A program made the translations under genes and the position numbers. This document shows positions 1-7,932 of a DNA stretch of 13,035 nt, piece after piece (within the stretch, counting starts at the first letter, position 1; the number at the start of each line of letters is the position of its first letter). This stretch comes from Candidatus Sulfobium sp. Its GTDB lineage: Bacteria; Nitrospirota; Thermodesulfovibrionia; Thermodesulfovibrionales; UBA6898. Under the pieces are notes generated by a model. The model made no database searches. It saw nothing but the letters and a program-made list of their open reading frames with translations, and was not told the origin of the DNA. The stretch spans positions 1 to 13,035 of the forward strand of contig JARRRI010000049.1 in the NCBI GenBank assembly GCA_037380845.1, in the 5' to 3' direction.

Positions 1-1
1 T

Positions 2-148
2 AAAAAATGCTCTCTTGACCGCAACAGGATCTGTCCTGCATGCTACCGCAGCCTTGATGAAATAATTTCGTGGCCCGACGCCGACAATACCGCCAGGCGG
101 AAGATACTGGAAGCGGCAAGACTCAGAAAAGCAGGCCGAATCCGGTAG
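2..148 (+). CDS. DUF1289-family small Cys-rich (putative Fe-S) protein, 5'-truncated by the window edge
   Basis: Frame +2 reads KKCSLDRNRICPACYRSLDEIISWPDADNTARRKILEAARLRKAGRIR*(TAG 146-148). It matches the DUF1289 pattern C-x-L-D-x3-4-C-x2-C-x-R-[ST]-L-D-E-I-x2-W...R-R-x-[IV]-L. Not in the ORF track. Confidence 0.85.
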   Translation, partial: KKCSLDRNRICPACYRSLDEIISWPDADNTARRKILEAARLRKAGRIR

Positions 149-220
149 GTTCAGCCGGGATGCCGGTCAGGAGTCCTCTTGAAAGTTCACTGCCCGCGCC
201 GCGTTCCCGTAGGGGGGTTT

Positions 221-231
221 TGTGGTATACT
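221..231 (+). promoter_or_regulatory. Extended -10 sigma-70 promoter element upstream of the kinase
   Basis: TGTGGTATACT = TGn + TATACT (226-231). The -35 is weak (TTCCCG, 204-209). Confidence 0.5.
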
Positions 232-303
232 TCAAAAACCCGGGGATTAACATCACTAATTGGCAAGATCTCAGCAAAAAATACAGGAGACGGTAATACC
301 GAC

Positions 304-1827
304 ATGGTCGGGCGAATTTTTAAAAAGCTGCGGTCCGTCAATCCGTGGCATTATGTATGGATCGTCATCCTCGCGGCCGAGTCCTTAACATTCGCACTGA
401 ATTCTCTGCAAAGTCACCTGCGCTGGGGATATCAGTCGCAGGCGCTGATCGAAATAGGGGTCATCGACGCCTTTGTCTGCTCATTGCTCCTTTCGGCTCT
501 TTTGATCTACCTGCTTAAATCCTCTAATGACGAACTTGCGCGGGAAATCTCCGAACACAGGCTCGATATCGCTCATCGCAAACAGGCCGAGGAAGAACTC
601 AGGAAATACCGGGACAACCTCCAGGAGCTGGTCGAAGAGCGCACGAAAGAAGTGTCAGCCCTGAATGATCAGCTGAGACAGTCTCAGAAACTCGAGGCAG
701 TCGGTCTTCTTGCAGGGGGGATTGCCCATGACTTCAATAACATACTTACTACAATAAAAGGTTCCACATATATCATCGAGAAGCGCCTGGAAGGCGACAG
801 CCCCTTTTTGAAATATGTGGGACAAATACAGTCCTCTGTGGACAAGGCAAACAGTCTCGCCCAGAGCCTTCTCGCGTTCAGCAGAAAACAGACCGTCCTG
901 CTTCAGCCGCGGGACTTAAACAGGATCATAGAGGAAACGGTGAACCTCCTGGCCCAGGTGCTGGGTGAACACGTAGAGTTACATCTGTCTTTAGCTCCCG
1001 GCGGCACGGTCGTTCTGGCCGACAGCAACCAGATGGAGCAGATTCTTCTGAATCTTGCAACCAATGCCCGGCATGCGATGTCCGAAAGGGGAAAGCTCAC
1101 CATAGAAACGGATATCGTCTCGCTGGATGACGCATTTATAAAGAAACACGGATTTGGTGTTGCCGGAAAATATGTCCTGCTGAGCATTTCCGATACCGGC
1201 ATGGGGATGGGAGAGGAAATAAAGGAGAAGATGTTTGAACCGTTCTTTACGACGAAAGAAATGGGAAAGGGTTCGGGACTGGGACTTGCAGTAACATACG
1301 GGATAGTCAAGCAGCATAACGGCTATATCTTTTGTGAAAGTGCGCCTCAACTTGGGACCACCTTCAGGATCTATCTGCCTGCAGTGGATGCGGCGCCTCT
1401 TCGGGATAAAAAAAGTTGCGTCCCGCCGACTCCGGAAGGGACCGAAACCATTCTCCTGGCGGAAGATGACTTCGACACGAGAAGAACCATGAGCGAGGTA
1501 CTGAGACTGTCCGGATACACGGTTCTGGAGGCCCGAAACGGGGAAGACGCTGTAAGCATGTACTCGGAAAACGCGGACCGGGTTGACCTCGCCCTGCTTG
1601 ACGTCAGAATGCCAAAAATGAACGGGATGGAAGTCTACGAGGCTATCAGAAGCGCGGGTTCCCGGACAGCTTTTTTGTTTATGAGCGGTTATACCGACGA
1701 CATCATTGACGGTGGAGGATTCGTTGAAAGAGGCCTGAGCTTTATATCAAAAGCCGCTCCCCCTGTTAAGATACTGGCAAAGATACGTGAAGTCCTGAGG
1801 GGAGAGGGGGGGCTGCTCATTAGATAA
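304..1827 (+). CDS. Membrane-anchored hybrid sensor histidine kinase / response regulator (2 TM - coiled coil - HisKA - HATPase - REC)
   Basis: H-box LAGGIAHDFNNIL, N-box QILLNLATNARHAM, G1 DTGMGM, F-box FEPFFTTK, G2 GSGLGLA, and receiver LLAEDD...LLDVRMP...FMSGY. Start moved from 70 to ATG 304 because the 70-303 extension overlaps the DUF1289 gene and a promoter. AGGAG lies at 285-289. Confidence 0.93.
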   Translation: MVGRIFKKLRSVNPWHYVWIVILAAESLTFALNSLQSHLRWGYQSQALIEIGVIDAFVCSLLLSALLIYLLKSSNDELAREISEHRLDIAHRKQAEEELRKYRDNLQELVEERTKEVSALNDQLRQSQKLEAVGLLAGGIAHDFNNILTTIKGSTYIIEKRLEGDSPFLKYVGQIQSSVDKANSLAQSLLAFSRKQTVLLQPRDLNRIIEETVNLLAQVLGEHVELHLSLAPGGTVVLADSNQMEQILLNLATNARHAMSERGKLTIETDIVSLDDAFIKKHGFGVAGKYVLLSISDTGMGMGEEIKEKMFEPFFTTKEMGKGSGLGLAVTYGIVKQHNGYIFCESAPQLGTTFRIYLPAVDAAPLRDKKSCVPPTPEGTETILLAEDDFDTRRTMSEVLRLSGYTVLEARNGEDAVSMYSENADRVDLALLDVRMPKMNGMEVYEAIRSAGSRTAFLFMSGYTDDIIDGGGFVERGLSFISKAAPPVKILAKIREVLRGEGGLLIR

Positions 1828-1988
1828 GGATGGTGCGGCCGCCGTATCAAATCACTCTCTTTTGTGATACATTTAATAAAAGGAAAGAGGCCGGCTAAAC
1901 CGGAGGCTGCCGGATATCATTCATATCCCTGGTTGCCGAACGAAGGGGGCGCAGGACGATCATAAATGTAAGTGCATACCTGAAGCTT

Positions 1989-2882
1989 GTGGGAAACTGG
2001 GTCCTTACCAGCGGGCTCAGGCTCGTCCTGATCTTCGTCCTCACTGCCGTAGCCTTGAAAGCTGCAAGGATTATTTCCCGCCGCGTGGTCGCGATGGTCA
2101 GCGCCGGCAGGACGGATTCCGAGGCGCTGAAGAGGAGCGAAACCCTCGGTTCGGTCATCAGGCATGCCCTGACCATTGTAATTTTTATAGTTGCCGTAAT
2201 GATGGCCCTCAAGGAATTCGGAGTGGATATCGGACCGGTCATCGCTGCCGCCGGCGTGGTGGGCGTCGCAGTCGGTTTTGGAGCGCAGAACCTCGTAAAA
2301 GATGTGATCAGCGGATTTTTTATCCTCCTGGAAGACCAGATACGCGTGGGGGACGTAGTAGAAATAGCCGGGAAAGCCGGCCTCGTGGAGAAGGTCAATC
2401 TCCGGATGACTATTCTCAGGGATCTCTCAGGGAATGTCCATTATGTACGGAACGGCCATATCGACGTTGTTACTAACATGACGAAGGAGTATTCTTTTTA
2501 CGTTTTTGAAATCGGCGTTGCTTACAGAGAGAACGTGGATGAGGTTATCAAGGTCGTCAGGGAGGTCGACGAGGAACTCAGAAGAGACCCGCAATACCGG
2601 GACGACATCCTCGAACCACTGGAGGTCCTGGGTCTCGACAAGTTCGGAGATTCGGCCGTGATAATAAAGGCACGGACCAAGACGCTGCCCGTAAAACAGT
2701 GGGGCGTCGGCAGGGAATTCAACCGCAGGATGAAAATCAAATTCGACGAAAAAAATATCGAAATACCATTTCCCCACATTACGCTGTATATCGGCAAGGA
2801 TAAGGAAGGAAAGTCCCCTCCTCTCGACATTTCATTAATCAGGGGAAACGACGACACTTTGGCGGAATCCGAAAAAACCTGA
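1989..2882 (+). CDS. mscS: Small-conductance mechanosensitive channel (MscS family); true start may be upstream at 1956-1962
   Basis: TM3 AAAGVVGVAVGFGAQNLVKDVISGFFILLEDQIRVGDVV, GLVEKVNLRMTILRD, and C-terminal IEIPFPH. Confidence 0.93.
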   Translation: MGNWVLTSGLRLVLIFVLTAVALKAARIISRRVVAMVSAGRTDSEALKRSETLGSVIRHALTIVIFIVAVMMALKEFGVDIGPVIAAAGVVGVAVGFGAQNLVKDVISGFFILLEDQIRVGDVVEIAGKAGLVEKVNLRMTILRDLSGNVHYVRNGHIDVVTNMTKEYSFYVFEIGVAYRENVDEVIKVVREVDEELRRDPQYRDDILEPLEVLGLDKFGDSAVIIKARTKTLPVKQWGVGREFNRRMKIKFDEKNIEIPFPHITLYIGKDKEGKSPPLDISLIRGNDDTLAESEKT

Positions 2883-3368
2883 CCGGATATATTCGCCACC
2901 CTGGTCCTTCCTTCATGTTCCATCCTGACGGGTAAAGAGGGTAGTGGTCCGTCACTGCACGCTGTCCGGACCGAAGCACCACTCCTCCCCTTGTCAATGC
3001 GCAGGATTTCCGGGACGGGGCCTGTGTGCCCCGCCGGATCAGTTCCGGTGGTCGCCCCGACTGAAAACTTTGGTATCCACCATATACCGCCCCACTTTTA
3101 TTGCCGTAATCAAATTTTTATTTCTCCGTGAGAATTTCGTGATTATTTACTACTAGGATGGAGTTAGGAAATGCTCTCTACTTCGTGCAGTTCCGCATCC
3201 GTAAGAGCTTCAGATACCGAGGCAAGAATCGGAAAAAGGAGGTGATGGAAAAAACGGTGTTGAACAATGATGCCGTCAAGAAAGGCAGAAGGAGAAGAAT
3301 GAAGCTTGAACTGGAAACTTGAGACCGGTCCCGAACAAAAGGGACATCGGCATAAAAGGAGAGAAAAA

Positions 3369-4469
3369 ATGAGCAGAAAGATATTTACAGCAGTCCTGGT
3401 CGTGGTGATCACACTGATATCGGCTGCCGCTGCCCTTGCAAAAAGCCCCCTGGCTAATGATGTGGCCGGCGCAGTCTATACCATGACCAATTCGGACACC
3501 AATAATGAAGTGGTATTCTTCGACAGGGATTCAAAGGGTATTCTGACAAACGCTCGCTCCATATCTACACAGGGCACCGGTTCCGGCGGCGGACTGGACC
3601 AGTTGGCCTCCCAGGGAGCCGTCGTCCTCAGTGAGGACCACAGATGGTTGCTGGTCGTAAATGCGGGAAGCAATGAAGTTTCGGTTTTCCGCGTTCTGCC
3701 CCAAGGGCTGGACCTGGTAGACAAAGTTGATTCGGGAGGCTTACTGCCGGTGAGTTTGACCGTGTTTCACGACCTGGTCTATGTCCTCAACGCCGGGACG
3801 TCCCCCAATATCACCGGCTTTTACCTGAGCCATGCGGGTCAACTGCTCCCTCTGGAAGACTCCACCCGCTCGCTGGGGGACGGAGGGTTTTCCCAGGTAA
3901 AATTCAGCCCGGCCGGAACGTGGCTGGTAGTAACTGACAGGGCAAACAACCAGATTTTGGTCTTCGGAGTCGGCCTGGATGGACTGCCGGCCCTGAGTCC
4001 GGTATCATCTGCATCGAGCGGTGCCGGCCCGTTCGGAGTTATCTTTGATGAGCGGGGACATCTGCTGGTGGTCGAGGTAGGATCAAACGCGATTTCTTCC
4101 TACAATATTCTGGCCAGCGGCGCACTGGAGACAATAAGCCCGTCAGTGGGTAACGGCCAGAATGCCAGCTGCTGGATTGCCGGAAACCGGCGCGGAGACG
4201 TATATTCTGCCAACACCGGCAGCCACAACATCTCCGCCTATGGTCTCGCGGCCGGGAACGGTCAGGTTTCGCTGGTTGATGAAACCGCAGGGTTCGGAAA
4301 TACTCCCATAGATATGACAATAACCGTTGACGGACGTTTTCTGTATGCTCTCGACCCTGCCAACGGGGGCATAGACACTTTCCAGATCAAACCCGGCGGC
4401 GGTCTGATCGGTCTGGGCCTGGCCGATGGCGGACTGGCGATCTTTGCTCAAGGCATAGCTGCCCGCTGA
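3369..4469 (+). CDS. Secreted lactonase-family (6-phosphogluconolactonase-like) beta-propeller protein
   Basis: SD AAGGAG (3356-3361) precedes ATG 3369. Sec signal MSRKIFTAVLVVVITLISAAAALA. Propeller repeats AVYTMTN, LLVVNAGSNEVSVF, LVYVLNAG, DGRFLYAL. Confidence 0.85.
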   Translation: MSRKIFTAVLVVVITLISAAAALAKSPLANDVAGAVYTMTNSDTNNEVVFFDRDSKGILTNARSISTQGTGSGGGLDQLASQGAVVLSEDHRWLLVVNAGSNEVSVFRVLPQGLDLVDKVDSGGLLPVSLTVFHDLVYVLNAGTSPNITGFYLSHAGQLLPLEDSTRSLGDGGFSQVKFSPAGTWLVVTDRANNQILVFGVGLDGLPALSPVSSASSGAGPFGVIFDERGHLLVVEVGSNAISSYNILASGALETISPSVGNGQNASCWIAGNRRGDVYSANTGSHNISAYGLAAGNGQVSLVDETAGFGNTPIDMTITVDGRFLYALDPANGGIDTFQIKPGGGLIGLGLADGGLAIFAQGIAAR

Positions 4470-4487
4470 AGCGTCTTTCCCGGATCA

Positions 4488-4620
4488 TCTTCTCAGCGGC
4501 CGACCGGGGCGGGTCGCTGAGAAGACCGCTTTCGAGGGTCAACCGGATCTTCACACTGACGCCCGCAGTGCAGGAACAATACTGCACCACCTTCTCTCAC
4601 CCGGGAAACCTTCTCCCGGG
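4488..4620. terminator. Three stem-loops between convergent genes (probable bidirectional terminator or RNA-stability region)
   Basis: TCTTCTCAGCGGCC (4488-4501)/GGTCGCTGAGAAGA (4512-4525); GTGCAG (4568-4573)/CTGCAC (4582-4587); CCCGGGA (4600-4606)/TCCCGGG (4614-4620). No long U-tract. Confidence 0.5.
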
Positions 4621-4627
4621 AGCTTCC

Positions 4628-5401
4628 TCACGGCAGGTCGACTTCCGCCCTCCGGCCTGCCCGCAGCAACCGCCCTGAGACACTGAATATCACGTCAACG
4701 GCGTAGTAGTTCCCCTTCTTCCCCTCCTCCGGGGGAACTGCTTCCAGACCGATACTGCGGACGGTCCCGGAATAAACCACACCACCCACCTCCACCGTCA
4801 CGCGCTTACCGGCCGGGATCCGGTCCAGTTGCGACTGCGGCACGAGGGCGCGGGCAACATACCGGCCTGCTGCGGCGAACACAAGCAGTGCCGGGGGGGA
4901 CAGCCGGCTCGATACCGTCTGGCCCGGCCCCGCATTTCTCCGGAGCACCCAGCCATCGAAAGGCGCCCTGATGACGCTGTTGGCCAGGCGATATTCCGCC
5001 AGGGAGACTTCAGCGTCGGCTTCACTCCAGTCCGCCTGCGCCCGCTTGTATTTGTTGTCGGCGTTCTGAAGTTCCACGGTGGAAAGGACGGTGTCGGCGT
5101 AAAGCTGCCTGGCCTGATCATCGTCGCGCCTTGCTTCGTCACGGGCCACCGCCGCCCGGTCCCTGGCGGCCCGGGCACGCTGCAGCTCCGACTCAAACGG
5201 TGTCGAGTCGAGTTCCAGCATGACCTGGCCTTTTTTGACGAATGAGCCGGTCGTTACCGTCACGGTCCTGATAACCCCGGAGACCGGCGTGCTGAGTTCC
5301 ACTCTGCGCGCCCAATGGATAGTAGCTTCAAATCCGGCCGCCATTGCCGGATGCCCGACGAACTCAAGAACCGTAAGCAGAACCAGCGCCACCCTTTTCA
5401 T
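4628..5401 (-). CDS. Efflux periplasmic adaptor (membrane fusion protein), short form, 257 aa
   Basis: ATG 5401 overlaps the TolC stop (ATGA). Signal MKRVALVLLTVLEFVGHPAMA. Lipoyl halves LSTPVSGVIRTVTVTTGSFVKKGQVMLELD and IRAPFDGWV flank an alpha-hairpin. The beta-barrel ends at LRAGRRAEVDLP. Confidence 0.88.
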   Translation of the reverse strand: MKRVALVLLTVLEFVGHPAMAAGFEATIHWARRVELSTPVSGVIRTVTVTTGSFVKKGQVMLELDSTPFESELQRARAARDRAAVARDEARRDDDQARQLYADTVLSTVELQNADNKYKRAQADWSEADAEVSLAEYRLANSVIRAPFDGWVLRRNAGPGQTVSSRLSPPALLVFAAAGRYVARALVPQSQLDRIPAGKRVTVEVGGVVYSGTVRSIGLEAVPPEEGKKGNYYAVDVIFSVSGRLLRAGRRAEVDLP

Positions 5402-6750
5402 CTTATCGTCTTCTCCGGGGAGGCGGCGATAATCCTGCCGGTAAGGGCGTCGATCCTGGCCCAGGTCAGCGCCAGTTCGTAGTCGACTTTTGCCGCCTGC
5501 CACTGGGCCTCGGTCAGCCTGGCCATGGCATCGCCCAGGTCGGTCCTGATTTCCAGGTTATACATCGAGCGGCTTCGGTCGGCATACAACTCCCTATAGG
5601 CGGAGCGCACCCGGGCGGCCTTGCGCGCCACCTTAAGGCTGTTCACCTGCTCCACCAGATCCAGCAAGGTTGTGCTCAGTTCCTGCCTGGCGTTTTCGAG
5701 CCTGGCCTCAGCCCTGAGAATTTCCGCCCGGGCACGGGCAACGGACGCCCTTACCACGCCGCCCTGGTAAATGGGAACGTACAGGTTCAGCGTCGCACGG
5801 GCGTCATTGCGGCCGTTGAACTCGCGCTTCCACACGGCGGCTTCCAGCTCCCCCTCCAGGAACGGGCGGCTCAGCCTCTCCGCAGCGGCTAATTTCTCAG
5901 TTGCCGACCGCACCTGGTCGCGCAGAGACAGGACCACCGGGTTGGCCTCGAATGCCATTTGCAACACTTTTCTGTAATCGGGTACCGGACGGTCCAGCTG
6001 TGGCAGGTCCGGACGGACAAGGTTTTCGGGCAGATCACCGGGATGGTTCAGGGCGACGGCGAGTTGGGCGCGTGTCAAGCGCTGCGCCGCCTGGCTCCTG
6101 GTACGTCTTACCAGCGCCTGCCGGTACCGGTCCTCGTAGGCAAGCAAATCGACGTCAGAGATCCGGCCGAGCCTGTGCCTGTAACGCGCCTTGTCGAAGG
6201 ATACATAATTATATGCTGTTTCCTCGCTATCAAACGCGTAGCGGGCGTCGGCAAGCAGTACATCGAAAAACCGCTTTATGATCTCCAGACGGCGCTCCTG
6301 CCGTGCATCAAAGTACAGTCGCCGCTGCGCGCTGACCGCCGCCTTTGCGGAATCTGTCAATGCGCGGGTCTGCCCGAAATCATAGAGCCTTTTCGTCAAT
6401 ATCAGCTGCGCGCTGCTGTCATCGACCATGCCGCCAGAAAAATCGGTGGAAGAATCAACCCACTGGGGAGTGATATAGAGGTAACTGCGCAGGCCGGTGT
6501 TGGATGCGGCCTCCAGGACACCGGCCAAGGCTGACCCGAGGTCGGCGCGGACAAGATCCAGCCCGGGATTGGGTGCATCGGCATAGGACAACGCTTCAGT
6601 CAGTGTCAGAGGATCGGGCAGTGGCGGTCGGCCTCCGGGCCGGTTGCCGGCCCATGCCATATTGACGGTACCCGCAAGACTCACGGTCAGCAGCGAGCAA
6701 CAGATCATGCCGACCAGCCGTGCGGCGCTTTCCCGAAGGCGCTCCGGCAT
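5398..6750 (-). CDS. TolC-family outer membrane efflux protein
   Basis: Signal ending AWA. LTLTEALSYADAPNP, LYDFGQTRA, and second repeat VPIYQGG...ARARA...LTEAQ...DYELALTWARIDALTG. SD AGGGGA directly follows the soxW stop. Confidence 0.9.
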   Translation of the reverse strand: MPERLRESAARLVGMICCSLLTVSLAGTVNMAWAGNRPGGRPPLPDPLTLTEALSYADAPNPGLDLVRADLGSALAGVLEAASNTGLRSYLYITPQWVDSSTDFSGGMVDDSSAQLILTKRLYDFGQTRALTDSAKAAVSAQRRLYFDARQERRLEIIKRFFDVLLADARYAFDSEETAYNYVSFDKARYRHRLGRISDVDLLAYEDRYRQALVRRTRSQAAQRLTRAQLAVALNHPGDLPENLVRPDLPQLDRPVPDYRKVLQMAFEANPVVLSLRDQVRSATEKLAAAERLSRPFLEGELEAAVWKREFNGRNDARATLNLYVPIYQGGVVRASVARARAEILRAEARLENARQELSTTLLDLVEQVNSLKVARKAARVRSAYRELYADRSRSMYNLEIRTDLGDAMARLTEAQWQAAKVDYELALTWARIDALTGRIIAASPEKTIR

Positions 6751-6757
6751 GCGTCCC

Positions 6758-7315
6758 CTATTCCGAACCGCCTTTCATGTCGAGCTCTTTGCGCTTATAA
6801 GCGATGAATGTCTCCTTTTTGTAATGGCCTTCGACTACGAACCTGCCCAACAGCATGAATTCCCTGACTCCGCTGGTGGCACCTGTGTAGCGCATCACGG
6901 GCTTGCCGTCCAGATCGAAGAAAATAAATACCGGTGTAGCCCGGACATGCAATTCCTTGAAGGCAAAATCCTTGGCGGACATCTCGTGGCCTGAAAAATC
7001 GGTGACCGGCGTATCTCCCTCGGTATCCACTTCCAGTATGCGGAAATATTTCCGGTAGTATTTCTGCACCTCGGGCACGCTGAACACCGCCGACTTCATT
7101 TTCTCACACCACGGGCAATCGTCGTTACCGAACATGATGAAAAGGCCTATTTGCCCATTCTGGCGCGCCGTAGCCAGTTCTTCCTTCAGGTCTCCGAAGC
7201 TGAGGTTGAAAAAATATGCGCCGGGATCGGCATGGTGAGACGCTGCCGGGGCCGGCAAGAGAGAAAAGATCACAAGTTGAGCAATCGCAACTGCGACGAC
7301 AACCGAATGCCTCAT
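6758..7315 (-). CDS. soxW: Exported SoxW-family thioredoxin
   Basis: Start reassigned to ATG 7315 (SD AGGGGG, 9 nt spacer). Signal MRHSVVVAVAIAQLVIFSLLPAPAAS. FFNLSFGDLKEELATA, active site CPWC, cis-Pro loop VRATPVFIFFD. Confidence 0.8.
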   Translation of the reverse strand: MRHSVVVAVAIAQLVIFSLLPAPAASHHADPGAYFFNLSFGDLKEELATARQNGQIGLFIMFGNDDCPWCEKMKSAVFSVPEVQKYYRKYFRILEVDTEGDTPVTDFSGHEMSAKDFAFKELHVRATPVFIFFDLDGKPVMRYTGATSGVREFMLLGRFVVEGHYKKETFIAYKRKELDMKGGSE

Positions 7316-7369
7316 CCGCAAAGACCCCCTGAACTTTCTTCTTTTTCGCCAGCGTGTATATCTGTAAGC

Positions 7370-7385
7370 AGCAAACGATATGCCA
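7370..7385 (-). promoter_or_regulatory. Sigma-54 (-24/-12) promoter of the soxW-tolC-adaptor operon
   Basis: Minus strand TGGCATATCGTTTGCT versus consensus TGGCACG-N4-TTGCW. Exact GG-N10-GC spacing, 55 nt upstream of the soxW ATG. Confidence 0.8.
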
Positions 7386-7932
7386 TGCATTCAGCACTTA
7401 AAACAGCAGAAACTGTTCCTTCCCGAACGGCCGCTGCCTTTCCGTTGTTCATAAATGTCCACCTTTGGGCTTTGACGTTGCCGCCGGCCTGCCGTCCATG
7501 GAGAGCCTCAAATTGCCGTTGCAAAGGCGGCGAAATCTGTTGTAGAATGGTGCAGGCTGAAGAGGGGGAGAGATGGGGTAACCATCGGAGCATACAGTTC
7601 AGTGCCAACCGCCGCGTTTTTTACCTGTAACTGCGACCCGAATGTAATTGCCGCTGAGAAGAGACCGCCCTGCGACCGTAGGCCTGACTATACTCGCCGG
7701 AGTCTTCCGAATTTCTGCCGCACTTCCGGGCCTTTCATAGCCGACAGAGAATCCGTTTCTTTCATTTCCTGCCGGGATAACGGCCATAACTTTTACAAAA
7801 AGAGGAATGCTCATGATTCACTCGTGAGCTGGCGTCGCTTCCCGGCTGGCTTGTATGCGGGGGAAGCTGTTTTCGACTCAGCGGTACGTGTAGCCGGTGC
7901 GAGTCGTAATAAACCTTCGGAAAGGGGGAAAT

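Noticed and set aside
115..165. CGGCA...CAGCCGGGATGCCG resembling a c-di-GMP-I riboswitch end
   Set aside because: Lacks the GAAA-loop P2 and GCAAA core, and mostly lies within the DUF1289 coding sequence.
70..303. 78 aa N-terminal extension of the kinase in the ORF track
   Set aside because: Low-complexity translation that overlaps the DUF1289 gene and an extended -10 promoter. ATG 304 is the better start.
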